Source: Nemertoderma westbladi (lineage: Eukaryota; Animalia; Xenacoelomorpha). From it: 35,850 nt of DNA. The translations under genes and the position numbers were made by a program. This document shows positions 12,326 to 24,152 of this stretch, piece after piece. The DNA lies in the NCBI GenBank assembly GCA_032718475.1, contig JAUCBJ010006180.1, forward strand, positions 1 through 35,850, written 5' to 3'. The notes under the pieces are model-generated. The model ran no database searches. It was given only the letters and a program-made list of their open reading frames with translations, and was not told the DNA's origin. Within the stretch, counting starts at the first letter, position 1, and each line of letters opens with the position of its first letter.

Positions 12326-12879
12326 CAAAATATATGAATCCGCGTTTTACACTGCAATACGGATTGCGTATTTCAGAATCCGCATATTACACTCAGTTAC
12401 GGATTGTATGTAAATCCGGATCCGCCTTTTACACTCGCAAATCCGGGTCCTGATCCGTATCCGGATCCTGAATCCGGATCCGGATCCGGATCCGCGTTTT
12501 ACACCTACCCCAATAACAGCAAATAATAGCTAATGTAATATTGCAAATAATTATTTGGGATAAATGAAATGCAAAGCAGTGTTAACTGCAGCACTAAAAT
12601 GTGGGTGAGATGCGCCGAGTTCTGTACTTCAGGTAGGCCTAATCTACCATAGATCTCTTTAACCTGCTACTGCTTTACGACCTATAAAGTAAATATAACT
12701 GATGACTAAATGTGAAAGCTCAACATGCTGGTTAATGTGGTTGTCCACAGAACAATAAAGTTGTTCTTATTGGACGAAAAGGTATGAATGAAATATTCGC
12801 GAAATTAATACATAAAATAACGGCGTTTTAGGTATTTCTGGTAATTTAGTTAACTGGTTAGGAAATTGTTGAAACTCAG

Positions 12880-13292
12880 AAATGTCGATGGAAAGTCCCC
12901 CCTCTATCCAATATAGAAGCAGTGAGATTTATTTGGTTCTATTAGTAGATGATCATCAGTAACCTCTTAGGTATGGGTTGAAAATATTTAAATTCCATGA
13001 AAGGAGACGCCGAAAATGCGGTTTTTTACTACAATTAACATTATTAACTAAATAACTGCTTTATCTTACCTTCTCGAAAGCCACACGTTAATTCTACTTG
13101 AAGAATTTCTAAACTTTTGCCAGACTACATGTGTTCCAAGTTTGGTTACATTTCATCGAGGCCTGGCCGAGTTATTTACGTTTAATTATTATTGGGATCT
13201 ACAGTACAGATCGAAAAATCTACAGACACACAAATTGGGATATTGGTACCCGTATGCTAACCTCGCCTAATTTCGTGGCTCGCCCCACATTA
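12880..13292 (-). mobile_element. Partial HINE-like element (same terminus as copies at 24-26 kb and 33 kb)
   Basis: Ends ttcgtggctcgccccaca (13272-13289) as at 26382 and 33328; preceded by acagacacaca microsatellite remnant and ccaagttt core-like sequence. Left boundary uncertain. Confidence 0.55.
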
Positions 13293-13559
13293 ACACAGTT
13301 TTGGCTCGGGAAGGTTTATGCCTATTGCAAACTAAAGAAAGAGTCACCTTATAGTGTTTCTTTGTTTCATTTAGAAATTTTATGATTTGCTTCATTATAT
13401 AAAATTTTAATTTTTCATTTCCTGAAAAATATTCTATATGTATTTATTTTAATATTTTGTTTTTAAAATAATAATTATAGGTTGCTAAACTAACAGTAAT
13501 ACATTTCCAACACTTTAATTACTGCTAATTACATAGAAATAACGCGGCCGTAATGCAAG

Positions 13560-15386
13560 TTAAACTCCAGTTCGGAGTAATTTAATAAGTAAACTCGCCA
13601 GATCGTCTTCCTGTAGTGGCCAGGAGACGAGAAGTTGTTTGGTAGCGGGTCCCGCAGCAGTTGAGTCTGTGTCCCCGCCGGGTTTACTCGCTATGGTCAC
13701 CCCTCCGACCTCCAGACACCCCTCCCCGGTCACCTGCATGGACTGCTGGGGTAGCAACGGTCGGAGTTTCTTCCGCGCGCGTTCCAGGAAGTCAACCGGA
13801 GAGCCGGTGAGTTGGCTCGCAACGCGGACCGTGGAAGTGAACCGAAGTCGCACCTCCGAGAGTCCCAGACTCGTCAGGGCGCGTTCCGGTTCCACAACCT
13901 GCATCCCTTTATCGGTAACGACGAGAGTTGAGGAGAGGAGCCGAGGTTTCTTCGACGAGACTTCGCGTTTCGCTTCCTCCTCCCAATGGCGTTTCAGTAA
14001 CTCAGTAGAAACCTCCACCGGTATGTTATGTTGAGTTTTAATAGTAACGCTAACTCCGTTCGCTGGTTTGTAACAAGGAATATCGAATTCCTTCTCTATT
14101 CTTCCCTTTAAGAACTCCATTTTGTGGTCCTCCCCGTGAACCAACAAACAGTTACTGGGTTGGCACCACGATATAAGCTGCATGATCCCTTTAGCGTCGG
14201 CATGGGCCGAGAACGACATGTACTCAACCTGCAGTCGCACCTCTACAGTCTGTCTGTTCGACGGGTCCGTACCGAAATCAACCCGTTTCGCTCCGGCCAA
14301 CACTTTATGCCCGATGGTTCCCACCACGCAGTAACCCGGCATTATCAACATATTCTCGGGATGGGGGGCCCATCGTCGGAATATATTGAGGGACATCCCG
14401 GCGTGGAGCATCCCTGGAGTAGCGAACACAACCATCGGGCCGGGATTGTCTGTGTAAGACCGATCGAACGGTTTAATGTGTTTGAAATCAAACATATTCC
14501 GTTGCACAAAGGTTTTCTTTATCTTCTGACTTGTCCAAGTTATAAACAACTTATAGTACTGGTTGGCCTTCTCAGTCAACCCCATACTGAAATATATAGG
14601 AATCTTTAAGTCCATCCGCTCCCAGTAACTCTCTAACAATATACAGAGTTCCTGAGCTCGTCCCAATGCGAACACCGGTATGAGAACCTTCCCGCCTTTA
14701 CTCACAGTCTCGTGAACTTTCTTCAGGAATTCCCGTTCTCTACAACGCTTAGAGTCGCGGATTGTAGTAGCGTATGTCGATTCGGTGATCAACAGATCTG
14801 GCCGACACCGGTCCACCCAGGCCGCCCCTAAATGCCGATCCGCCGTCATATTAAAGTCGCCGGTGTACAAGAAGGAGTCCTGACCCACCTTGACCAAGAA
14901 CATTGCGGCTCCAAGGACGTGTCCTGCGTAATACGCCTTTATCGTAATATCCTCATCAACTTTCACTGATTGATGAAGATTTACTGCTATAACCTTCTTC
15001 ATACACTCCTTTATCATGTGACTCGTAAAGAAGTTGTTTTCCCCTCTCTTTTCTACGGTTATCTTCCTGTAATCCTCTAGGAGTATCGGACATATTGCTT
15101 TTGTGGGATGAGTCATATAAATAGGTCCGTTGTAGCCAACCATTTCCGTCATGTACGGCAACGCCCCACAGTGGTCCAGATGGAAGTGGCTGATTATAAC
15201 GCAATCAATGTAGTCAGTTATCGGTCCCTCCGCTATGTAACTGAAGTCTGGGAATCTTCTGTCGTCATTGAATCCCATGTGCATCCCACAATCCAGCATA
15301 ATGTTTCGACCCCCGATGGAGACTAGGATACATGACCTGCCGACATCTTGACCTGCCCCCAAGGGGACCACCTTTATATCCGGCAT
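13560..15386 (-). CDS. INTS11: Integrator complex subunit 11 (CPSF3L; metallo-beta-lactamase/beta-CASP endonuclease), 608 aa, single uninterrupted ORF
   Basis: N-terminus [51 protein letters not shown] is the INTS11 (not CPSF3) signature; SHFHLDH, AGHVLGA, YTGD, FSAHAD motifs intact. Start moved from 15449 (non-ATG) to ATG at 15386. Confidence 0.97.
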   Translation of the reverse strand: MPDIKVVPLGAGQDVGRSCILVSIGGRNIMLDCGMHMGFNDDRRFPDFSYIAEGPITDYIDCVIISHFHLDHCGALPYMTEMVGYNGPIYMTHPTKAICPILLEDYRKITVEKRGENNFFTSHMIKECMKKVIAVNLHQSVKVDEDITIKAYYAGHVLGAAMFLVKVGQDSFLYTGDFNMTADRHLGAAWVDRCRPDLLITESTYATTIRDSKRCREREFLKKVHETVSKGGKVLIPVFALGRAQELCILLESYWERMDLKIPIYFSMGLTEKANQYYKLFITWTSQKIKKTFVQRNMFDFKHIKPFDRSYTDNPGPMVVFATPGMLHAGMSLNIFRRWAPHPENMLIMPGYCVVGTIGHKVLAGAKRVDFGTDPSNRQTVEVRLQVEYMSFSAHADAKGIMQLISWCQPSNCLLVHGEDHKMEFLKGRIEKEFDIPCYKPANGVSVTIKTQHNIPVEVSTELLKRHWEEEAKREVSSKKPRLLSSTLVVTDKGMQVVEPERALTSLGLSEVRLRFTSTVRVASQLTGSPVDFLERARKKLRPLLPQQSMQVTGEGCLEVGGVTIASKPGGDTDSTAAGPATKQLLVSWPLQEDDLASLLIKLLRTGV

Positions 15387-15531
15387 TACCAAAACAACCA
15401 AATGCGTAGGTAATATTAAAAAGTCGGTAACCGGTAGCGTAACAGACAAATAACAGCTGGTCCTGTGGTCTGTCTATCTATCACACCTTGCTATCTATTA
15501 AGTTCGCAACATTTCACAGCATATATTTGTA

Positions 15532-15546
15532 TTCAAATTTCCCGCC
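15532..15546 (-). promoter_or_regulatory. E2F/CDE-CHR composite element upstream of INTS11
   Basis: Minus strand reads GGCGG-GAAA-TTTGAA, the canonical 4-nt spacing, about 150 bp upstream of the ATG; overlaps YY1-like ccgccatgt; second TTTGAA near 15563. Confidence 0.55.
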
Positions 15547-15631
15547 ATGTGTAATGTTTATTTCAAAATGACGGTCAGAACTAAGATATTCAGCGATTTC
15601 AATGTCGATAATCAATAGGAAATTTGAAATG

Positions 15632-16016
15632 TATTATTGGGAGTTAAATAGAGAAATAGAGCGTAACTGCAGCCTGGATTAACTACTGGCACCAGCCCAC
15701 CAGATTGGACTTCTATTATTGGGAGTTAAATAGAGAGCGCAACTGCAGCCTGGATTAACTACTGGCACCAGCCCACCAGATTGGACTTCTATTATTGGGA
15801 GTTAAATAGAGAGCGCAACTGCAGCCTGGATTAACTACTGGCACCAGCCCACCAGATTGGACTTCTATTATTGGGAGTTAAATAGAGAGCGCAACTGCAG
15901 CCTGGATTAACTACTGGCACCACCCCTCCAGATTGGACTTCTATTATTGGGAGTTAAATAGAGAGCGCAACTGCGGCCTGGATTAACTACCGTCAACAGC
16001 CCACCAGATTGGACTT
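15632..16016. repeat. 76-bp tandem minisatellite, 5 copies, upstream of INTS11
   Basis: Unit tattattgggagttaaatagagagcgcaactgcagcctggattaactactggcaccagcccaccagattggacttc at 15714, 15790, 15866, 15942, plus an 82-bp variant at 15632. Confidence 0.95.
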
Positions 16017-16240
16017 ACTGGCACGAGTGGTGCGTGGATGGACTAACTGGCACTCGGTTTGACTTTGCTATGGTACCTACAGTACATATGGCACAATAGT
16101 TTTCCAAAGCTACGAATGTCTTTGATATCGTAGGGCCATAATATATGTTTCCTTCATTGCCGTTGCTACTGCTATATTGTAGCAATATGTGTAAAATTTA
16201 TCTGCTCGCTTTCGCTCTCAATTTGATATATTGTGATACA

Positions 16241-19200
16241 TGTCACGTGGCATATACGCCACAATGACTTTGATGTATTGTGTCACGTGGTATATACGCA
16301 ACAATGTCTTTGATGTATCGTGTCACGTGGTATATACACCACAATGACTGATTAATTGAGCCACATGTCAAGTGGCATATACACCACTATGGCTTTGATG
16401 TACTGTGTCACGTGGTATATACACCACAATGTCTTTGATGTATTGTGTCACGTGGTATATACGCCACAATGATTTTGATGTATTGTGTCACGTGGTATAT
16501 ACGCCACAATGACTTTGATGTATTGTTTCACGTGGTATATACGCCACAATGTCTTTGATGTATTGTGTGACGTGGCATATACACCACAATGACTTTGATG
16601 TATTGTGTCACGTGGAATATAAGCCACGATGACTTTGATGTATTGTATCACGTGGTATATACGCCACAATGACTTTGATGTATTGTTTCATGTGGTATAT
16701 ACGCCACAATGTCTTTGATGTATTGTGTGACGTGGTATATACGCCACAATGACTTTGATGTATTGTGTCACGAGGTATATAGGCCACAATTTCTTTGATG
16801 CATTGTGTCATGAGGTATATACGCCACAATGTCTTTGATGTATTGTGTCACGTGGTATATGCGCCACAATGTCTTTGATGTATTGTGTCACGTGGTATAT
16901 ACGCCACAATGACTGATGAATTGTGTGACGTGGTATATTCACCACAATGACTTTGATGTATTGTGTCACGAGGTATTTACGCCACAATGTCTTTGATGTA
17001 TTGTGTGACGTGGTATATACGCCACAATGACTTTGATGTATTGTGTCATGAGGTATATACGCCACAATGTCTTTGATGTATTGTGTCACGTGGTATATAC
17101 GCCACAATGTCTTTGATGTATATTGTGTCACGTGGTATATACGCCACAATGACTGATGAATTGTGCCACATGTCAAGTGGCATATACGCCACTATAGCTT
17201 TGATGTATTGTGTCACGTGGTATATACGCCACAATGTTTTTGATGTATTGTGTCACGTGGTATATACCCACAATGTCTTTGATGTATTGTCATGTGGTAT
17301 ATACGCCACAATGACTTTGATGTATTGTGTGACGTGGTATATACGCCACAATGACTTTGATGTATTGTGTCACGTAGTATTTACGCCACAATGACTGATG
17401 AATTGTGCCACGTGTTATATACGCCAAAATGTCTTTGATGTATTGTGTCACGTGGTATATACGCCACAATGACTGATGAATTGAGCCACATGTCAAGTGG
17501 CATATACGCCACTATGGCTTTGATGTATTGTGTCACGTGGTATATACGTCACAATGTCTTTAATGTAGTGTCACGTGGCATATACGCCACAATGTCTTTG
17601 ATGTATTGTGTCACGTGGTATATACGCCACAATGTCTTTGATGTATTGTGTCACGTGGCATATACGCCACAATGACTTTGATGTATTGTGTCACGTGGTA
17701 TATACGCCACAATGACATTGATGTATTGTGTCATTTGGCATATACGCCACTATGACTTTTATTAATTGTGCCACATGTCACGTGGTATATACGCCACTAT
17801 GGCTTTGATGTATTGTGTCACGTGGTATATACGCCACAATGACATTGATGTATTGTGTTACGTGGTATATACGCCACAATGACTTTGATGTATTGTGTCA
17901 CGTGGTATATACGCCACAATGACTTCGATGTATTATGCCACGTGGTATATACGCCACAATGTCTTTGATGTATTGTGTCACGTGGCATATACGCCACAAT
18001 GACTTTGATGTATTGTGTCACGTGGTATATACGCCACAATGTCATTGATGTATTGTGTCATTTGGCATATACGCCACTATGACTTTTATTAATTGTGCCA
18101 CATGTCACGTGGTATATACGCCACTATGGCTTTGATGTATTGTGTCACGTGGTATATACGCCACAATGACATTGATGTATTGTGTCATTTGGCATATACG
18201 CCACTATGACTTTTATTAATTGTGCCACATGTCACGTGGTATATACGCCACTATGGCTTTGATGTATTGTGTCACGTGGTATATACGCCACAATGACATT
18301 GATGTATTGTGTCACGTGGTATATACGCCACAATGACTTTGATGTATTCTGTCACGTGGTATATACACCACAAAGATATTGATGTATCGTGTCACGTGGT
18401 ATATACGCCACAATGACTGATGAATTGTGCCACATGTCAAGTGGCATATACGCCACAATGTCTTTGATGTATTGTGTCACGTGGTATATACGCCACAATG
18501 TCTTCGATGTATTGTGTCACGTGGCATATACGCCACAATGACTTCGATGTATTATGCCACGTGGTATATACACCACAAAGATATTGATGTATTGTGTCAC
18601 TTGTCATATACGCCACTATAACTTCGATTAATTGTTCCACATGTCACGTAGTATATACGCCACAATGACTTTGATATGTTTTGACGCGTGGCATATGCGC
18701 CACAATGACGTTGATGTATTGTGTCACGTGGTATATATGCCACAATGACTTTGATGTATTGTGTCACGTGGTATATACGCCACAATGACTGATGTATTGT
18801 GTTACGTGGTATATACGCCACAATGTCTTTGATGTATTGTGTCACGTGGTATATACGCCACAATGACTGATGAATTGTGCCATGAGGTATATACGACACA
18901 ATGTCTTTGATGTATTGTGTCACGTGGTATATACGCCACAATGTCTTTGATGTATATTGTGTCACGTGGTATATACGCCACAATGACTGATGAATTGTGC
19001 CACATGTCAAGTGGCATATACGCCACAATGCTTTGATGTATTGTGTCACGTGGTATATACGCCACAATGACTGATGTATTGTGTTACGTGGTATATACGC
19101 CACAATGACTTTGATGTATTGTGTCACGAGGTATATACGCCACAATGTCTTTGATGTATTGTGTGACGTGGTATATACGCCACAATGACTGATGTATTGT

Positions 19201-22200
19201 GCCATGAGGTATATACGCCACAATGTCTTTGATGTATTGTGTCACGTGGTATATACGCCACAATGTCTTTGATGTATATTGTGTCACGTGGTATATACGC
19301 CACAATGACTGATGAATTGTGCTACATGTCAAGTGGCATATACGCCACTATAGCTTTGATGTATTGTGTCACGTGGTATATACGCCACAATGTTTTTGAT
19401 GTATTGTGTCACGTGGTATATACCCACAATGTCTTTGATGTATTGTCACGTTGTATATACGCCACAATGACTTTGATGTATTGTGTCACGTGGTATATAC
19501 GCCACAATGACTTTGATGTATTGTGTCACGTAGTATTTACGCCACAATGTCTTTGATGTATTATGTCACGTAGTATATACGCCACAATGACTGATGAATT
19601 GGGTCACATGTCAAGTGGCATATACGCCACTATGGCTTTGATGTATTGTGTCACGTGGTATATACGCCACAATGTTTTTGATGTATTGTGTCACGTGGTA
19701 TATACGCCGCAATGTCTTTGATGTATTGTGTCACGTGGTATATACGCCAAAATGTCTTTGATGTATTGTGTCACGTGGTATATACGCCACAATGACTGAT
19801 GAATTGTGCCACATGTCAAGTGGCATATACGCCACTATGGCTTTGATGTATTGTGTTACGTGGTATATACGTCACAATGTCTTTAATGTAGTGCCACGTG
19901 GCATATACGCCACAATGTCTTTGATGTATTGTGTCACGTGGTATATACGCCACAATGTCTTCGATGTATTGTGTCACGTGGCATATACGCCACAATGACT
20001 TTGATGTATTGTGTCACGTGGTATATACGCCACAATGACATTGATGTATTGTGTCACTTGGCATATACGCCACTATGACTTTTATTAATTGTGCCACATG
20101 TCACGTGGTATATACGCCACTATGGCTTTGATGTATTGTGTCACGTGGAATATACGCCACAATGACATTGATGTATTGTGTTACGTGGTATAAACGCCAC
20201 AATGACTTTGATGTATTGTGTCACGTAGTATATACGCCACAATGACTTCGATGTATTATGCCACGTGGTATATACACCACAAAGATATTGATGTATTGTG
20301 TCACTTGTCATATACGCCACTATAACGTCGATTAATTGTTCCACATGTCACGTAGTATATACGCCACAATGACTTTGATATGTTTTGACGCGTGGCATAT
20401 GACAATGATGTCATGTTGCACAATGACATTGATGTATTGTGTCACTTGGCATATACGCCACTATGACTTTTATTAATTGTGCCACATGTCACGTGGTATA
20501 TACGCCACTATGGCTTTGATGTATTGTGTCACGTGGAATATACGCCACAATGACATTGATGTATTGTGTCACGTGGTATATACGCCGCAATGTCTTTGAT
20601 GTATTGTGTCACGTGGTATATACGCCAAAATGTCTTTGATGTATTGTGTCACGTGGTATATACGCCACAATGACTGATGAATTGTGCCACATGTCAAGTG
20701 GCATATACGCCACAATGTCTTTGATGTATTGTGTCACGTGGTATATACGCCACAATGTCTTCGATGTATTGTGTCACGTGGCATATACGCCACAATGACT
20801 TCGATGTATTATGCCACGTGGTATATACACCACAAAGATATTGATGTATTGTGTCACTTGTCATATACGCCACTATAACGTCGATTAATTGTTCCACATG
20901 TCACGTAGTATATACGCCACAATGACTTTGATATGTTTTGACGCGTGGCATATGCGCCACAATGACGTTGATGTATTGTGTCACGTGGTATATATGCCAC
21001 AATGACTTTGATGTATTGTGTCACGTGGTATATACGCCACAATGACTGATGTATTGTGTTACGTGGTATATACGCCACAATGACTTTGATGTATTGTGTC
21101 ACGTGGTATATACGCCACAATGACTTTGAAGTATTGTGCCACGTGGTATTTTCGCCACACTGACATTGATGTATTCTGTCACGTGGTATATACGCCACAA
21201 TGTCTTTGATGTATTGTGTCACTTGGTATATACGCCACAATGACTGATGAATTGTGCCGCATGTCAAGTGGCATATACGCCACTATGGCTTTGATGTACT
21301 GTGTCACGTGGTATATACGCCAGAATGACGTTGATGTATTGTGTCACGTGGTGGTATATACGTCACAATGACTTTGATGTATTGTGTCACGTGGTATATA
21401 TGCCACAATGACATTGATGTATTGTGTCACTTGGCATATACACCACAATGACTTTGATATGTTTTGACGCATGGCATATGCGCCACAATGACTTTGATGT
21501 ATTGTGTCACGTGGTATATAAGCCACAATGACTTTGATGTAATGTGTCACGTGGTATATACGCCACAATGACTTTGATGTATTGTGTCACGTGGTATATA
21601 CGCCACAATGACTGATGTATTGTGTTACGTGGTATATACGCCACAATGACTTTGATGTATTGTGTCACGTGGTATATACGCCACAATGACTTTGAAGTAT
21701 TGTGCCACGTGGTATATACGCCACACTGACATTGATGTATTCTGTCACGTGGTATATACGCCACAATGTCTTTGATGTATTGTGTCACTTGGTATATACG
21801 CCACAATGACTGATGAATTGTGCCGCATGTCAAGTGGCATATACGCCACTATGGCTTTGATGTACTGTGTCACGTGGTATATACGCCAGAATGACGTTGA
21901 TGTATTGTGTCACGTGGTGGTATATACGTCACAATGACTTTGATGTATTGTGTCACGTGGTATATATGCCACAATGACATTGATGTATTGTGTCACTTGG
22001 CATATACACCACAATGACTTTGATATGTTTTGACGCATGGCATATGCGCCACAATGAATTTGATGTATTGTGTCACGTGGTATATAAGCCACAATGACTT
22101 TGATGTAATGTGTCACGTGGTATATACGCCACAATGACTTTGATGTATTGTGTCACGTGGTATATACGCCACAATGACTTTGATGTATTGTGTCACGTGG

Positions 22201-22289
22201 TAAATACACCACAATGACTGATTAATTGAGCCACATGTCAAGTGGCATATACACCACTATGGCTTTGATGTACTGTGTCACGTGGTATA
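16241..22289. repeat. About 6-kb satellite of a 40-bp monomer (roughly 150 copies) with higher-order structure
   Basis: Consensus tgtcacgtggtatatacgccacaatgactttgatgtattg; 38- and 45/47-bp variants; variant blocks recur at offsets of 566 bp and about 2.2 kb. Confidence 0.97.
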
Positions 22290-23175
22290 ATACTTCTACT
22301 GGTACCGGTACTGCTACTGTTACAGGTACTTGTACTAGTACTAGTACTGGTACTTTTAGTTATAATGGTACTTGTACTGGTACCGTTATTTGTGCGGGTA
22401 CCGGTACTTGCACTGTTACAAGTACTTGTACTGCTACCAGTACTTGTACTGGTACCGGTACTTGTACTGGTACTGGTACCGGTACTTGTACTGGTACTGG
22501 TACCGGTACTTGTACTGGTACTGGTACCGGTACTTGTACTGGTACCGGTACTTGTACTGGTACCGGTACTTGTACTCATCATCATCATCGCGTCATTAGC
22601 GCTAGGCCTGACCAAGCTGGCATTTATTTAATTAACTAGTACTTGTTCTGGTACCGGTACTGGTACTGGTACTTGTACTGGTACCGGTACTTGTACTGTT
22701 ACCGGTACTTGTACTGGTATCTGTACTTGCACCGGTACTTGTACTGCTACTTGTATTGTTACAGGTACTTGTACTAGTACCGGTACTTGTACTGGTACCG
22801 ATACTTGTACTTGATCTTGTACCGGTACTTGTACTGGTACTTGTACTGGTACCGGTACATGTACTCTTACCGGTACTTGTACTTGTAATGGTACCGGTAC
22901 TTGTACTGGTACCGATAGTTGTACTACTTGTACTAGTACCGGTACTTGTAATGTTACCGGTACTTGTACTGTTACCGATACTTGTACTACTACAACTACC
23001 AGTACAAATACCGGTACAAGTACAACTACCGGTACCAGTAAAAGTATAGGTACCAGTACAAGTACCGGTACCAGTAGAACTACCGCTACAAGTACAGGTA
23101 CCAGTACAAGTACCGGTATCAGTACCTGTAATTGTACAAGTACCGGTACCAGTACAAGTACTTGTATAAGTACCA
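22290..23175. repeat. GTAC-rich 6/18-bp simple repeat with internal inversion
   Basis: ggtaccggtacttgtact units up to about 22990, then reverse-complement agtacaagtaccggtacc; interrupted at 22577-22635 by unique sequence starting catcatcatcat. Confidence 0.9.
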
Positions 23176-23221
23176 ATTATTAGCACCAAAATAAATGACA
23201 AAACCACCAAAATAATTACAA

Positions 23222-23575
23222 ATTTTCCCAAAACAAATACATTTTCGCCCAAAACAAATACATTTTCGCCCAAAACAAATACATTTTCGCCCAAAACAAA
23301 TACATTTTCGCCCAAAACAAATACATTTTCGCCCAAAATAAATACATTTTCCCCCAACACAAATATATTTTCGCCCAAAACAAATACATTTTCGCCCAAA
23401 ATAAATACATTTTCCCCCAAAACAAATACATTTTCCCCCAAAACAAATACATTTTCGCCCAAAACAAATACATTTTCCCCCAACACAAATACATTTTCGC
23501 CCAAAACAAATACATTTTCGCCCAAAACAAATACATTTTCGCCCAAAATAAATACATTTTCCCCCAAAACAAATA
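23222..23575. repeat. 21-bp tandem repeat, about 17 copies
   Basis: Unit cccaaaacaaatacattttcg; source of the GENVFVL pseudo-ORF. Confidence 0.95.
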
Positions 23576-23609
23576 CCCGCCTTGGCGAATTAATATCCCG
23601 CCTCAGTGC

Positions 23610-23805
23610 TAAATTCTCAATTTAGGGAAAGGAGCAGGTTACAGTGGCACGTTATTTTAACCAAAACAATAAACTAAGCACAATAGAACAGGTTACAGTT
23701 TATTTTTAAGAATAATCAGCTGTTATTTGCGTCGAATTTCCCCTGAAGAGGGATGAATTTCTATTGCGTCCAATTTCCCCCCCCCCCCCCCCCCCCCATA
23801 TCTGA
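23610..23805 (+). repeat. Dispersed repeat fragment (gggaaaggagcaggttacag module plus poly-C)
   Basis: Colinear with the reverse complement of about 28995-29220; core also at 28360, 28435 and 33540. Confidence 0.8.
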
Positions 23806-23849
23806 AAACTTCAGTACTGCCGTAATACCGAAACCTAATAACAGAATAA

Positions 23850-24152
23850 ATGAATTGTTGTGGGGTGGGTGACGGCGAATTAAATATATGTTATAGTGCA
23901 TTATGATAATGCTCTCCATAGCGAAAAATATCAACCGCCACTATTGGGGCTCGAACCCGGTACCTAGGTTTCAAACTTCCGGTTATCATCAGCCGAATAA
24001 ATCTTCTACCGCCCTGGTATCTCAGTGGTCTTAGGACACACACTCGGCTGATGATAACCGGAAGTTTGAAACCTAGGTACCGGGTTCGAGCCCCAATAGG
24101 GGCGGTTGAAATTTTTCGCTATGGAGAGCATTATCATAATGCACTTATAACA
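23850..24152. mobile_element. Penelope-like (PLE-type) inverted-repeat insertion carrying a tRNA-like hammerhead unit
   Basis: Arms 23889-23996 and 24044-24152 nearly perfectly inverted, 47-nt spacer; hammerhead core in arms; possible 14-bp TSD taataacagaataa at 23836-23849 and 26402-26415 (with the HINE nested inside). Confidence 0.6.
24008..24116 (+). ncRNA. tRNA-derived Pol III unit with a minimal type-I hammerhead ribozyme in place of the anticodon arm
   Basis: A-box-like tggtatctcagtgg, B-box ggttcgagccc, acceptor-like stem accgccc/gggcggt, T5 at 24112-24116. Hammerhead: stem I actcgg/ccgggt, CTGATGA 24048-24054, stem II aac/gtt, GAAA 24068-24071, palindromic cctagg, GTA triplet 24077-24079. 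Confidence 0.7.

Larger units (their letters stand above)
9226..12510. mobile_element. Foldback (FB)/Mutator-like element, about 3.3 kb, modular inverted arms, 9-bp TSD
   Basis: Termini gggtcagagtaaaacgcggatccggatc / gatccggatccgcgttttacacctaccc; identical 9-bp flanks caataacag at 9217-9225 and 12511-12519; arms built of 53-bp repeats in opposite orientation around a unique loop of about 750 bp. Confidence 0.9.

Noticed and set aside
12699-12725. CTGATGA-ctaaatgt-GAAAGCTC hammerhead-like string
   Set aside because: No stem I pairing and weak stem II; at best a decayed relic.
15387-15449. 21-aa N-terminal extension of INTS11 in the ORF track
   Set aside because: Non-ATG start; homology begins at MPDIKV.
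16912-21815. Repeated CTGATGA in satellite variants as hammerhead cores
   Set aside because: No downstream stem II plus GAAA or stem I pairing.
16241-22289. GTCACGTG as yeast centromere CDEI
   Set aside because: Generic bHLH-ZIP motif; no CDEII/CDEIII and the genes are animal-like.
16448-23572. Many ORFs in the satellite and the Thr/Gly/Val-rich or GENVFVL ORFs (antifreeze- or mucin-like)
   Set aside because: Translations of tandem repeats, open in several frames and both strands, without unique domains.
24008-24106. Functional tRNA gene
   Set aside because: No canonical anticodon stem-loop and imperfect acceptor/T stems; treated as tRNA-derived.
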